Below are positions 16,994 to 26,262 of a stretch of DNA of 64,000 nucleotides, one piece after another. Made by a program: the position numbers and the translations under genes. How positions within the stretch are numbered: the first letter of the stretch is position 1; each line of letters begins with the position of its first letter. Source of the DNA: an uncultured Candidatus Saccharibacteria bacterium. GTDB taxonomy: Bacteria > Patescibacteriota > Minisyncoccia > HO2-45-28. Under the pieces are notes generated by a model. That model saw nothing but the letters and a program-made list of their open reading frames with translations. It made no database searches and was not told the origin of the DNA. The DNA lies in the NCBI GenBank assembly GCA_964574495.1, contig CAZNNT010000001.1:5194-69193 (forward strand), given 5' to 3'.

Positions 16994-17500
16994 CTAAAAT
17001 TTCAAGGTGGTTCCATTAATAGCGGCTCTTAATATTTCGGATGCGTGTGTAAAGCAACGGACAAATTTTAGCTTTCCACCTAAAGATTCGATAATTCGCT
17101 TATCTTTATTTAAACCGCTCTTTGGATTTTTTAGCCGCGGCTTTGCATCATCGCCTTTTACATAAACATCCGGTTGAATCGCTTTCATAACCTTCCACGG
17201 ACCAATATCTCCACAGATTGTAACAAAATCTACGACCTCTAATTCCGCCAGCCATTTTAACCTAATAATTTCTGGAAAAATCAATGGTCGCCTTTTAACA
17301 TCTATTTTTTTAATATATCTATCGTCCACAACCGAAACCACTAACACTTCGCCATATTTCTTGGCGTCTTGAAAATATTGAATATGGCCCCAGTGAATTA
17401 AATCAAAAACCCCATGGCAAAGAACTATGCGTTTTTTCTCACTATGAAGTTTAATAGCTATCTTTTTAAGCTGGGAAATATTCTTAATTTTGGATTTCAT
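16994..17500 (-). CDS. Cytidylyltransferase/adenylyltransferase family (RfaE domain II-like)
   Basis: HGVFDLIHWGH, RPL, PDVYVKG. Confidence 0.88.
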   Translation of the reverse strand: MKSKIKNISQLKKIAIKLHSEKKRIVLCHGVFDLIHWGHIQYFQDAKKYGEVLVVSVVDDRYIKKIDVKRRPLIFPEIIRLKWLAELEVVDFVTICGDIGPWKVMKAIQPDVYVKGDDAKPRLKNPKSGLNKDKRIIESLGGKLKFVRCFTHASEILRAAINGTTLKF

Positions 17501-17562
17501 AAATTATCGTTCACAAAAGGGAATAATTTCTAAATACCATATTAAACTCTAACAAAAATAAA

Positions 17563-17583
17563 CTCCCGATACAATATCGGGAG
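17563..17583 (-). terminator. Intrinsic terminator
   Basis: CTCCCGATA-3 nt-TATCGGGAG with T-rich tail on the minus strand. Confidence 0.65.
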
Positions 17584-17628
17584 AAATTTTGAATAAAACA
17601 CACTTATTAGAACTGCTTTAATAAACCA

Positions 17629-18279
17629 TTAATAAGATATTTTTAAAATCCCCACCTCCTTTGCCACCTCATCAAGCATCCTGGAAGAAATTAGGTCAAA
17701 TTTTTTTCTACCATCATCCCTATCTTTTAAAATGTCCGTCAAATCAAAAATGCAATTTATAGAATATTCACACAAACCCCACTCTCCTCTTATACCATCT
17801 TCAGGAATATCTTCTGAATTGATCTGTACAATGCCACCAAAAAAAGTATTGTTCAGTAAAGAGTTTAAAATCCATTCAACAAGAACGATTTTAATTTTTG
17901 AGGGATGAACTACCAAACCAATTTCTTCCTCCATCTCCCTTGCCATTGCGTTTTTTGCTAGATCTTTTGAAAAACAAATGAGCGGATCTTCAGAAATCCT
18001 TCCACCCGCCGGCTCAATTGTCTCACTTTCAACTGCAACCCTAAACTGTTTAACCATTACTATCTTCCACCTATTATCAAAAGGATCGTGAAAATAAGGA
18101 ACAACCACGCAACCATCAGCCCCATAAGCAACGCCGCGACTAGAAATGAATGTTCTTTTTAAAGTGCCGGAATTTACTTCAACCGTCATTTGGGGCCATC
18201 TATAAGTTATAAATTTATCTTGAAACCCAGGCTTATTGGAACACAAAGTTGTTTCTCCAACCTTCCTAAAACTACCCAT
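17629..18279 (-). CDS. NUDIX hydrolase (ADP-ribose/ADP-sugar pyrophosphatase-like)
   Basis: VKQFR, IEPAGG, AREMEEEIGL; SD GGAGG. Confidence 0.75.
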   Translation of the reverse strand: MGSFRKVGETTLCSNKPGFQDKFITYRWPQMTVEVNSGTLKRTFISSRGVAYGADGCVVVPYFHDPFDNRWKIVMVKQFRVAVESETIEPAGGRISEDPLICFSKDLAKNAMAREMEEEIGLVVHPSKIKIVLVEWILNSLLNNTFFGGIVQINSEDIPEDGIRGEWGLCEYSINCIFDLTDILKDRDDGRKKFDLISSRMLDEVAKEVGILKISY

Positions 18280-18336
18280 TCCACATCCTCCCCTTATTTA
18301 GGCAGCAAAGAGCTCCTATAAGCATAGCACTTTTTT

Positions 18337-19863
18337 CTATTCAAGCAAGTAGCCGATTCTGCCGAATAGTTCTTCGCGCTCAACCGAGTTTTTGTTGCCG
18401 ACAATATCCACCGCGATTGACGCGGCAACGCTTCCCACAAACGAGGTTAAATCAATATCAAATCCCGCCGCGACGCACGGCGCGGAAATGCACAAAAAGG
18501 CATCACCAGCTCCAACGGCGTCAGTAATTCTGCCCGCAAGCGAGGGAATTCTTTTTATTTTTCCGTTTTTATCGCGAGCTATAAGGCCGAGGTGGCCCAA
18601 AGTTACAACCATCTGCTTTGGAGATATCTTTTCAAAAAGTTTCTCGGCAACTCTTTCAACGGGTGAATAATCGTCGTGCGCCGCGAGCCGCGCCTCCAAT
18701 TCATCCATAGAGACATAATCGGCTTTTGAATATTTCGTAATATAGTTAAAACCGGCATTTCCGCTGTTTGTCTGCGCGGTTGCCGCAAGAAATTTGGACT
18801 TAGACAAAATAAGTTTTATTAAATCGGGCGAGAATAAGCCGTGTCCGTAGTCCACCGCCACAACCAAATCAAAGTCGGCTATTTTATTTGAGAGATAACT
18901 TTTTATTTTATCTTTTACCGAGGCCGGGATGAACCCCTTGTCAAACTCGTATTCTTCAAAAAATTTCACAAAAGAACCCTCGTCAAGAAAACGCCTCTTG
19001 ACGATTGAGCGTTGGTTGGGATAAGAAAAAATTTTTGTTTTTATGTTCGGCTTCAACCTTTTAAGCGCGTTCTTTTCGGAACTGCCGTCTCCAAACATTG
19101 TTACCAGCTCAACATTTCCGCAAACAGAAGCAAGGTGGTTGGCGCACGCCAAAATGCCGCCGGCGAATTCTTCTTTTTTCTTGAAGTGAGTGCTTACAAC
19201 ATGCGATTTTGCCGGTTTGCCCAAAGGGGAAACATACCTGTATTCGTCTATTATGGACTCTCCGATTACCAGCGCTTTTATTTTCTTTAATTTTTCCAAA
19301 TTCATTAAAATATCCGCGACATTGTATTTTTTCTTAAAATTGGAAAGGAAGGCGGTTGCCTCGTCCGGCACCGCTCCAAAATGCTTGTTCAAAATGTTTT
19401 CTGAAGGAATTTGCAGGGTTTTGGTAAAAACCATTTTCCCGCCAAAACCCTCAACTATTCTCTTATCCAAACCAACGCCGCTTTCGGGAGTAGTAAGCTG
19501 TGATTTGGAATCGGCGCCTTTAACATAAATATCGGGCCGCAGTTTTTTAATAATTTCCCACGGGCCGAAGTCATTGCAAAAAACGGCGTAATCAACGCAG
19601 TCCAATAAGGCGATTGAATTGGCTCGCACAATTTCGTTAAAAACCGGGCGCTTCAATCCTTTGCGGACAAAGTCATCCGAAATAATTGAGACAATTAAAA
19701 TATCTCCCAGTTTTTTGGCATTAGCCAGATAATGAAGATGGCCGTGATGGAACAAATCAAAAGCGCCGTGAGCCAAAACAATTTTTTTGCCCGCGTCTTT
19801 ATATTTGCGAATAAGCGGCTTTAGATTTTCTATGTTTTTAATCTTTGAATTAAATTCGGGCAT
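18337..19863 (-). CDS. Bifunctional nucleotidyltransferase + PfkB-family sugar kinase (HldE-like, reversed domain order)
   Basis: N-terminal HGAFDLFHHGH; C-terminal VIGESIIDEY, DYGHG, DAVGAGDAF. Confidence 0.88.
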   Translation of the reverse strand: MPEFNSKIKNIENLKPLIRKYKDAGKKIVLAHGAFDLFHHGHLHYLANAKKLGDILIVSIISDDFVRKGLKRPVFNEIVRANSIALLDCVDYAVFCNDFGPWEIIKKLRPDIYVKGADSKSQLTTPESGVGLDKRIVEGFGGKMVFTKTLQIPSENILNKHFGAVPDEATAFLSNFKKKYNVADILMNLEKLKKIKALVIGESIIDEYRYVSPLGKPAKSHVVSTHFKKKEEFAGGILACANHLASVCGNVELVTMFGDGSSEKNALKRLKPNIKTKIFSYPNQRSIVKRRFLDEGSFVKFFEEYEFDKGFIPASVKDKIKSYLSNKIADFDLVVAVDYGHGLFSPDLIKLILSKSKFLAATAQTNSGNAGFNYITKYSKADYVSMDELEARLAAHDDYSPVERVAEKLFEKISPKQMVVTLGHLGLIARDKNGKIKRIPSLAGRITDAVGAGDAFLCISAPCVAAGFDIDLTSFVGSVAASIAVDIVGNKNSVEREELFGRIGYLLE

Positions 19864-19974
19864 AAATTAAATAAATACGGTTAAAATAAAAATACCGCAT
19901 ATTTAATCTATCATGAAATCTTTTCACAAATCAATATTAACAAAATGTCAATTTTATGACCTTATATAAAAGAG

Positions 19975-19999
19975 AAAGCCGTCCCTTTGGGACGGCTTT
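19975..19999 (-). terminator. Intrinsic terminator
   Basis: AAAGCCGTCCC-TTT-GGGACGGCTTT. Confidence 0.75.
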
Positions 20000-20013
20000 A
20001 TTTTCTTAATTCC

Positions 20014-20994
20014 TTAGCGGTTGGCGGCAAGCCGGAACGCCCGCGTCGCGATATCCGAAGAGCTCGGATGGTAATTTCCAACAAGATATTTGCTCGCGGG
20101 GCAAGGCCAGCCCGGAAGGCCGATGCGCGCCGGCGGAGCTTTCAACTTATCAAGAGCGCCTCTTTCCAAAACCGCGCAAATGACCTCGCTTGAAACCCCG
20201 AATTCCTTCCAGCCGATATCAACTACGAGCAGTCGCCCCGTTTTATGCGCTGATTCCGCAATCGTATCAATATCCAGAGGCCTGACCCAGCGCAAATCTA
20301 TCACTTCGGCCGAGACGCCTTTTTCTTTAAGAATTTCGGCCGCCTTAAGCGCGTCTTTAACAGCAACGGACAAGGCGACGATCGTCACATCGTCTCCCTC
20401 CGCAACAACGCTGGCGCCGAACGGAGCCCGATAATACGCTTCCGGCACAAATCCCTCTTCATCAAGAAGCAGACAGTGCTCCAAAATGATTACCGGCTCA
20501 TCGTCGCTAATAGCCGTTATAATCATCCCTTTGGCATCGGCCGGGGTTGCCGGCATTCCGACTTTAACTCCCGGAAAATGGGCAAAGATTGCCTGCAAAC
20601 TCTGCGAATGCTGAACTCCTTCCCCGGTTTTTCGGGCGATGAAGCTCAAAATGGCAATCGGAATTTTATGCTTTCCGCCGGAAGCAAAGCCGAGTTTGGC
20701 CGCCTGGTTAAACATCTGATCCATAGCCAGAAGCATAAAATCGTTACGCTGGTGAATTAAAACCGGCCGAAGGCCGTTTAAAGCCGCGCCAATCGCAATG
20801 CCGGTCAAACCGTTTTCGGAAAGAGGCGTATCAACCACCCTATGCTCTCCGAACCTTTTGAAAGCCGGCAGCACTTGTCCGTAAACGCCCCGAATTCCAT
20901 CAACTCCCTCGCCCATCAAAAAGACGTTTTCATCTCTTTCCATAGACATAAGGAGCCCCGAAGAGGCCGCTTCTTTATAGGTCATTTTAGCCAT
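20014..20994 (-). CDS. TPP-dependent 2-oxoacid dehydrogenase E1 beta-like subunit
   Basis: MGEGV, RVVDTPLSE, QHSQ, EVIDLRWVRPLD; start at MAKMTY overlapping the alpha stop. Confidence 0.9.
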   Translation of the reverse strand: MAKMTYKEAASSGLLMSMERDENVFLMGEGVDGIRGVYGQVLPAFKRFGEHRVVDTPLSENGLTGIAIGAALNGLRPVLIHQRNDFMLLAMDQMFNQAAKLGFASGGKHKIPIAILSFIARKTGEGVQHSQSLQAIFAHFPGVKVGMPATPADAKGMIITAISDDEPVIILEHCLLLDEEGFVPEAYYRAPFGASVVAEGDDVTIVALSVAVKDALKAAEILKEKGVSAEVIDLRWVRPLDIDTIAESAHKTGRLLVVDIGWKEFGVSSEVICAVLERGALDKLKAPPARIGLPGWPCPASKYLVGNYHPSSSDIATRAFRLAANR

Positions 20995-21937
20995 GGCGCT
21001 TGCCACAAACATCCGGCGGCGACGGTTCTGGGCTTCCCAAAGCAAATTTCTCCGCACGATTGATCTCGTCATTGATTTCGGCCTCCATGTCCCGCGTCTC
21101 TTTTTCTGAAAAAGCGCCGCTATGCATTTTTAAAGGATCTCGAGCCAGCCATTTTTCGCCTTCCTCACGGCTTCTATACCCCAAGTCCCAGTCCTCGCCA
21201 ACGCCCCAATGCTCTTTCGAACGGTAAGTACAAATTTCCAAAAAAGCCGGAGCGCGTCCTCTGGCGCGCGCCGCCAGTTCTTGTGCCGCTTTGTAAACGG
21301 CCAAGACATTATTTCCGTCTTCTTCTCCGACTCTCAAAGCCATGATGCCGTGCGGCCGCACCCGCTCAATGATTGAGGCGTACGGCTGACGTTTTAATAT
21401 CGGCGAGTGGGTCGCGTAAAGATTGTTTTCGCAAACAAACAATACCGGCAGGCGATGAACGGAAGCAAAATTCAAACTTTCCCAAAAAATCCCTTCTTCC
21501 ACCGCGCCGTCGCCAAAAAAGGCCGCCGCGATTTTATCTTCTTTTTTGATTTTAAAAGCAAGGGCAATGCCCACGGCAATCGCGATACTCGCGCCGACTA
21601 TGGGGGCCGCGACCGTAAAACCCGCTTCGTCATCGGTCAGATGCATCGTTCCGCCGTATCCTCCGGCGCAGCCGGTAGCGCGTCCGCAAAGTTCGGCTAG
21701 CATGTTGGCCAAATCGCCGCCTTTGGCGAGGTAATGCCCGTGGCAGCGATGAGTTGAGACAACTTTATCCTGTTTATCCAGTACGCTCATCACGCCCACG
21801 GCGGCCGCTTCCTGACCGATGGAAAGGTGCACCGGAGCTATAATATGTCCGGATTTAAAAAGTTCGGTTATTTTCTCTTCAGCTCTTCGTATGCGAAGCA
21901 TCCGGTAAAAAAGGACTTTTAGAATTTCTTTCGGCAT
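20987..21937 (-). CDS. TPP-dependent 2-oxoacid dehydrogenase E1 alpha-like subunit
   Basis: HLSIGQEA, STHRCHGH, FFGDGA...N TPP motif, CENN; SD AAGGAG. Confidence 0.9.
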   Translation of the reverse strand: MPKEILKVLFYRMLRIRRAEEKITELFKSGHIIAPVHLSIGQEAAAVGVMSVLDKQDKVVSTHRCHGHYLAKGGDLANMLAELCGRATGCAGGYGGTMHLTDDEAGFTVAAPIVGASIAIAVGIALAFKIKKEDKIAAAFFGDGAVEEGIFWESLNFASVHRLPVLFVCENNLYATHSPILKRQPYASIIERVRPHGIMALRVGEEDGNNVLAVYKAAQELAARARGRAPAFLEICTYRSKEHWGVGEDWDLGYRSREEGEKWLARDPLKMHSGAFSEKETRDMEAEINDEINRAEKFALGSPEPSPPDVCGKRHG

Positions 21938-21987
21938 TACATGACTCTCCTTTTTCAAGCTAATCTTGCCTTAAAATAATAAAAAAG

Positions 21988-22009
21988 GGCAGCCAAGTCA
22001 ATGGCTGCC
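21988..22009 (-). terminator. Intrinsic terminator
   Basis: GGCAGCCA-6 nt-TGGCTGCC then CTTTTTT on the minus strand. Confidence 0.65.
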
Positions 22010-22020
22010 GCGCGCAAAAT

Positions 22021-23154
22021 TTATTTCTGCATATTTACAAAATCGGCGATGCATTCGGCAACATAGACAATCTGAGCTTTAGTCAAATACTGATGCACCG
22101 GCAGGGTAAGGATTTCAAACGACTGGCGCTCGCAATTCGGAAAATCCCCGAGCTTATAACCAAGATGGCCTGCCGCTTCCTGCAGGTGAATAGGTATCGG
22201 GTAATGCACCTTAGTATCAATACCGCGCTCTTCTAAAAGAAACTTTTGCAGCTCATCGCGTTTGCCGTCAAGAACCCTGATTACATAAGTGTGATAAACT
22301 TGCTTTTTGTTCGCGGGCCTCGGGGGCAAAACAACATGTGGATGAAACGGCTTGAGCAGCTCATCATAAAGCGCGGCGTTGGCAATTCTTTTTTCGGTAA
22401 TATCCTCGGCATGTCCCACGAGACAATTTAAAACGGCGGCCGCGGTTGAATGCATTCGCTCGTTTACGGAAAAAAATTCAACCTCATCACGGTTTTTCAT
22501 GCCGTGATTGCGCCATTTGGCGACCTTATCCGCGAGCCATTTGTGGTCGGTTACAACCGCTCCGGCATCGCCCCATCCGTTAAGATTTTTCAGCGGGTGG
22601 AAACTGAACTCTCCGGCGATACCGAGATGGCCGACTCTTTTTCCGTCAACTTCGGCGCAAACCGCCTGAGCCGCGTCCTCAACGACATAAAGATTCCGCC
22701 TTTCGGCAATATTGTTGATCGCGGTCATGTCGGCCGGACAACCGGTCAAATGCACGGGAAGAATTGCTTTTGTGCGCCCGGTTATCGCTTTCTCAATCTT
22801 GCTGACGTCAATTTGATACTGCTCGTCAACATCCACAAAAACAACTCTTGCTTTGACCAAATCAATGGCCGCCGCGGTTGCGATAAAACTATTGGGAACG
22901 GTAATCACCTCATCTCCCGGGCCGATTTCAAGCGCCTCTAAAATAGCGATAAGAGCGGCCGTGCCTGAGTTTAAGCCAATGGCGTATTTCGCGCGGCATA
23001 GCGCGGCAAATTTTTCTTCAAACTCGCCAACCGAACGGCCTAAAGTGAAATCGCCTCTTTTGGCTACTTTATCAATGGCCGCAAGAATTTCTGCTCTTTT
23101 CTCCTTACAAAACTGAGTCGTCAGATACGAATACGGGACTTTTATTTTACTCAT
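22021..23154 (-). CDS. DegT/DnrJ/EryC1/StrS sugar aminotransferase
   Basis: NSGTAAL, EDAAQA, FSFHPLKNL, HYPIPIHLQ. Confidence 0.92.
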   Translation of the reverse strand: MSKIKVPYSYLTTQFCKEKRAEILAAIDKVAKRGDFTLGRSVGEFEEKFAALCRAKYAIGLNSGTAALIAILEALEIGPGDEVITVPNSFIATAAAIDLVKARVVFVDVDEQYQIDVSKIEKAITGRTKAILPVHLTGCPADMTAINNIAERRNLYVVEDAAQAVCAEVDGKRVGHLGIAGEFSFHPLKNLNGWGDAGAVVTDHKWLADKVAKWRNHGMKNRDEVEFFSVNERMHSTAAAVLNCLVGHAEDITEKRIANAALYDELLKPFHPHVVLPPRPANKKQVYHTYVIRVLDGKRDELQKFLLEERGIDTKVHYPIPIHLQEAAGHLGYKLGDFPNCERQSFEILTLPVHQYLTKAQIVYVAECIADFVNMQK

Positions 23155-24185
23155 ACTTTTCCCTCCAGGATTAGATTTTTCATCACCGCGATATTGCGGT
23201 ATTTCGGGTTTTCCGGATCGGGAATGCGCCCGTCAAAAAACGCCCGGCATAAATTGTGAATGGCTGATTTGATTCCGAATTCCGGCAGCCAGCCAAGCTC
23301 CCGCTTGATTTTTTCAGAGGAAATGTGATAAGAACGCAAATCGTTTGTCGAAACAACTTCAATCTCAACAGTTCCTCTGCCGGTATATCTTTGCACGATT
23401 TCTTTGACCGTTTCGGCTATTTGCATGACGGTAAAATTATCAAAGCCGGCGTTATAAACCTTTCCGCCGATTATTTCACGCGGCTCGCTGACCAATCGCG
23501 CGTAAAGGTTGGCCATATCCTCAATATGGATATTCGGCCTTTTCTGCTCCCCGCCAGAAACCTTAATTTTATTTTCGGTCAAAGCCGAAATCGTCAGATC
23601 GTTAACCACGACATCCAGACGCAGGCGCGGCGACCAGCCGCAAACGGTTGCCGGACGCAAAATCACCCATTCTATTCTATCCTGCGGAATCATTTGCAAT
23701 TCCATCTCGCAAAACGCTTTGAATTTGGAATAATCGGTTATCGGCTCAAGCGCCAAATCCTCCGTAACTTCAACATCTCCCTTAACCCCGTAAACGCTGG
23801 AAGACGAGGCGTAAATAAAACGCCTGACTTTTGCCGCAAGCGCGGCGTCCAAAACCCGCCGGAAAGCGTCATAGTTTATGGAACGCCCAAGTCGGCGATC
23901 AAGCTCAAAGCTCGGATCATTTGAAAGGCAGGCCAGATGAATAACCGCGTCGCAATCGAACATCAAATTTTGCAAGTCGCAATTTCGGATATCTCCTTTA
24001 AAAAGCTGGAGAGAACTATCGGTGTCATACGGACCTATCGGCCTTGTCAAACCGTTAAAAACGTTTTCACCGAACCAAAAAGTGTCAATTACGCTTACAG
24101 GATAATGAAGAGCCAAAAGTTTTGGCACAAGAGCGCTGCCGACATAGCCGGCTCCGCCGGTAATTAAGACCCTTTTTCTTTCCAC
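23151..24185 (-). CDS. NAD-dependent epimerase/dehydratase (extended SDR)
   Basis: TGGAGYVG, ASSSSVYG, YSKFK, LRLD; GTG start with AGGAGG SD. Confidence 0.9.
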   Translation of the reverse strand: MERKRVLITGGAGYVGSALVPKLLALHYPVSVIDTFWFGENVFNGLTRPIGPYDTDSSLQLFKGDIRNCDLQNLMFDCDAVIHLACLSNDPSFELDRRLGRSINYDAFRRVLDAALAAKVRRFIYASSSSVYGVKGDVEVTEDLALEPITDYSKFKAFCEMELQMIPQDRIEWVILRPATVCGWSPRLRLDVVVNDLTISALTENKIKVSGGEQKRPNIHIEDMANLYARLVSEPREIIGGKVYNAGFDNFTVMQIAETVKEIVQRYTGRGTVEIEVVSTNDLRSYHISSEKIKRELGWLPEFGIKSAIHNLCRAFFDGRIPDPENPKYRNIAVMKNLILEGKV

Positions 24186-24325
24186 TGCCGTGTCCTCCTT
24201 TATTTTTAGTGAACGAACCCGAAATCAGGTTAGCAAAAAACCGCCCCCATATCAAGAGGCGGCAATTCAAAATATTATTAATCGTTTTTCACCAAATATC
24301 AGAATATCTAAAAAATCAGCTTGAT

Positions 24326-24913
24326 TTATTCGCCTCTAAATTTGTCAACAAAATCCAAAATCCAATTGCATATGAAAAGATGCGCGCTTTCCACGTGGCG
24401 GTATGAATCGGACGGAATGTAAAAATTAATATCGCCCAGTTTCCGCAAAGGATTGTCCTGGCCGAATCCCGACATGGTTACGACGCCCGCGCCCTTGCCC
24501 CGCATTGCGCCAACGGCGTTGATAATGTTTTGCGACTTGCCGGAGCTGGATATGGCAATTAAAAGGTCTTTTTTTGTTCCCAGAATTTTAAGGGGCTGGG
24601 AAAAAATATTTTCATACCCGACATCATTTCCCATACAGGTAAGCAAAGAATGTTCCGTTGGCGAAAAAGCCGCGATGCCGTGCGTCCGCATAAAATCTGT
24701 CGCTTGATGGCTCGCAATGGCGGCGCTTCCGCCGTTGCCAACGAACACAATCCGCCCCCCTTCTTTATTTGCCTGCAAAATTGACTTAATAGAGCCCTTG
24801 ACCGCATCAGCCAGATCCATATCAAAGCCACTCTTGTCCGTTGTTTTAACGCTTCGTAAACACTCTGCGAATCCATCCAGGTATGAGTGCAAATCCTTTT
24901 TACTAAAATCCAT
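24326..24913 (-). CDS. SIS-domain phosphoheptose isomerase-like protein (GmhA-like)
   Basis: GNGGSAAIASH, ND.GY, ISSSGKS.NI, VESAH. Confidence 0.88.
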   Translation of the reverse strand: MDFSKKDLHSYLDGFAECLRSVKTTDKSGFDMDLADAVKGSIKSILQANKEGGRIVFVGNGGSAAIASHQATDFMRTHGIAAFSPTEHSLLTCMGNDVGYENIFSQPLKILGTKKDLLIAISSSGKSQNIINAVGAMRGKGAGVVTMSGFGQDNPLRKLGDINFYIPSDSYRHVESAHLFICNWILDFVDKFRGE

Positions 24914-24924
24914 AATATAAATAA

Positions 24925-25683
24925 TTAAACCGTCGTCCCCGGCTTTTTGTTTCCTGATTTCGAGGGAAAATATACGCGAAAAAATAGTTTTCTCGCAGTG
25001 CCGGCAATTTCCAAAACATTTTTCCATTTTAAAAGTCGTGATTTTCTCAAACCCATTTTTCCATAACCTTGTTCTCTTATATACATCGGCACCTCAATAT
25101 AAGAAGCATTCTTAATTTTAAGCAACTGCACCAATATCTCCATCATAAAAGACGGGCCGTTGCTTGACATCGCGACATTTTCCAAAAGAGGCCTTCTAAA
25201 AAAACATGTTCCGTTAAAATATTTAAGATTGGCGCCGAACATTATATTAAATATCGCGGTGTATGCTAAAGAAAGAATCCTTCGCGAGAACGGCCTAACC
25301 TGCGGGTTTGCGGTATAAGGAATAATAATATCTTTTTGACCGATTTGGCTAAAAATATTATCCATAGTTTCCGAAAGAGTCTCATTGTCCCCCGGAAAAT
25401 ACCCAACATAATTTTTTGAGGATTCTAAAACTCCGCGCCGAAAACAATATCCGATTCCTTGATTTGGATTATTGCGGATTTTCAAAATTCGGCTGTCTTT
25501 GGCGCATAGGCCATCCATAATTTCGCCGGTTCTGTCTTTACTGCCGTCATCAATTAAAATAATTTCAAAGTCGTCAAAACCGTTTTTTTTAAGATGTTCC
25601 GTAACCATGTTCACGGTATCCGGCACATTTTTTTCTTCATTGAGCGCGGGAATAATAACCGATATTGAGGGCTTCAGAGCCAT
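24925..25683 (-). CDS. Glycosyltransferase family 2
   Basis: SVIIPALNEE, IDDGSKD.T, N.G.G. Confidence 0.9.
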   Translation of the reverse strand: MALKPSISVIIPALNEEKNVPDTVNMVTEHLKKNGFDDFEIILIDDGSKDRTGEIMDGLCAKDSRILKIRNNPNQGIGYCFRRGVLESSKNYVGYFPGDNETLSETMDNIFSQIGQKDIIIPYTANPQVRPFSRRILSLAYTAIFNIMFGANLKYFNGTCFFRRPLLENVAMSSNGPSFMMEILVQLLKIKNASYIEVPMYIREQGYGKMGLRKSRLLKWKNVLEIAGTARKLFFRVYFPSKSGNKKPGTTV

Positions 25684-25689
25684 AAATAA

Positions 25690-26178
25690 TTATTTATTCT
25701 CCAAAATCCGGTTAATAATATCCGTTGTGGATAATTTTTCATCTTTGGTGTATAAAATTTCTCCGCCTATAGAACGCATCGCTTCTCTTTCTACCGCTAT
25801 GCCCGGCGTATCTTTATTTATATAATCCGGCCCCTTAATGTAATAATCGGGCTTAAAAATTTTTATTAACTCAACGGCCGTTTTGTAAGGGCTTACCATC
25901 GTAAAATCCACTGCTTTGATATTTGATACCATATAAGCTCTTTGCTCTTCATTAAAAATGGGTCTATAAGGGCCTTTTCTTTTATTTACAAATTTATCGC
26001 AGGTAACGGCCGCCACCAAAACATCGCAAAGTTTTTTTGCCGAATTAAAGTGCATTATATGCCCCGCGTGCAGCAGGTCATAGCCGCCGCAGCATAAACC
26101 CACGGTTTTGCCCTCTTTTTTTAAATTTCCGATAACTTTTTTTAATTCCTGGAGCTTGAGTGAGCCCAAAAATTTCAT
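25690..26178 (-). CDS. Cytidylyltransferase/adenylyltransferase family
   Basis: GGYDLLHAGH, KGPYRP, KGPDY, STT. Confidence 0.9.
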   Translation of the reverse strand: MKFLGSLKLQELKKVIGNLKKEGKTVGLCCGGYDLLHAGHIMHFNSAKKLCDVLVAAVTCDKFVNKRKGPYRPIFNEEQRAYMVSNIKAVDFTMVSPYKTAVELIKIFKPDYYIKGPDYINKDTPGIAVEREAMRSIGGEILYTKDEKLSTTDIINRILENK

Positions 26179-26230
26179 ATAGATATAATACGGTTTTTCT
26201 TAAAAAACGCAAGAAACAGCTTAATAAAAA

Positions 26231-26255
26231 AACACCCGTGATAAAAACGGGTGTT
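26231..26255 (-). terminator. Intrinsic terminator
   Basis: AACACCCGT-7 nt-ACGGGTGTT plus T run on the minus strand. Confidence 0.7.
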
Positions 26256-26262
26256 CCTTTTT

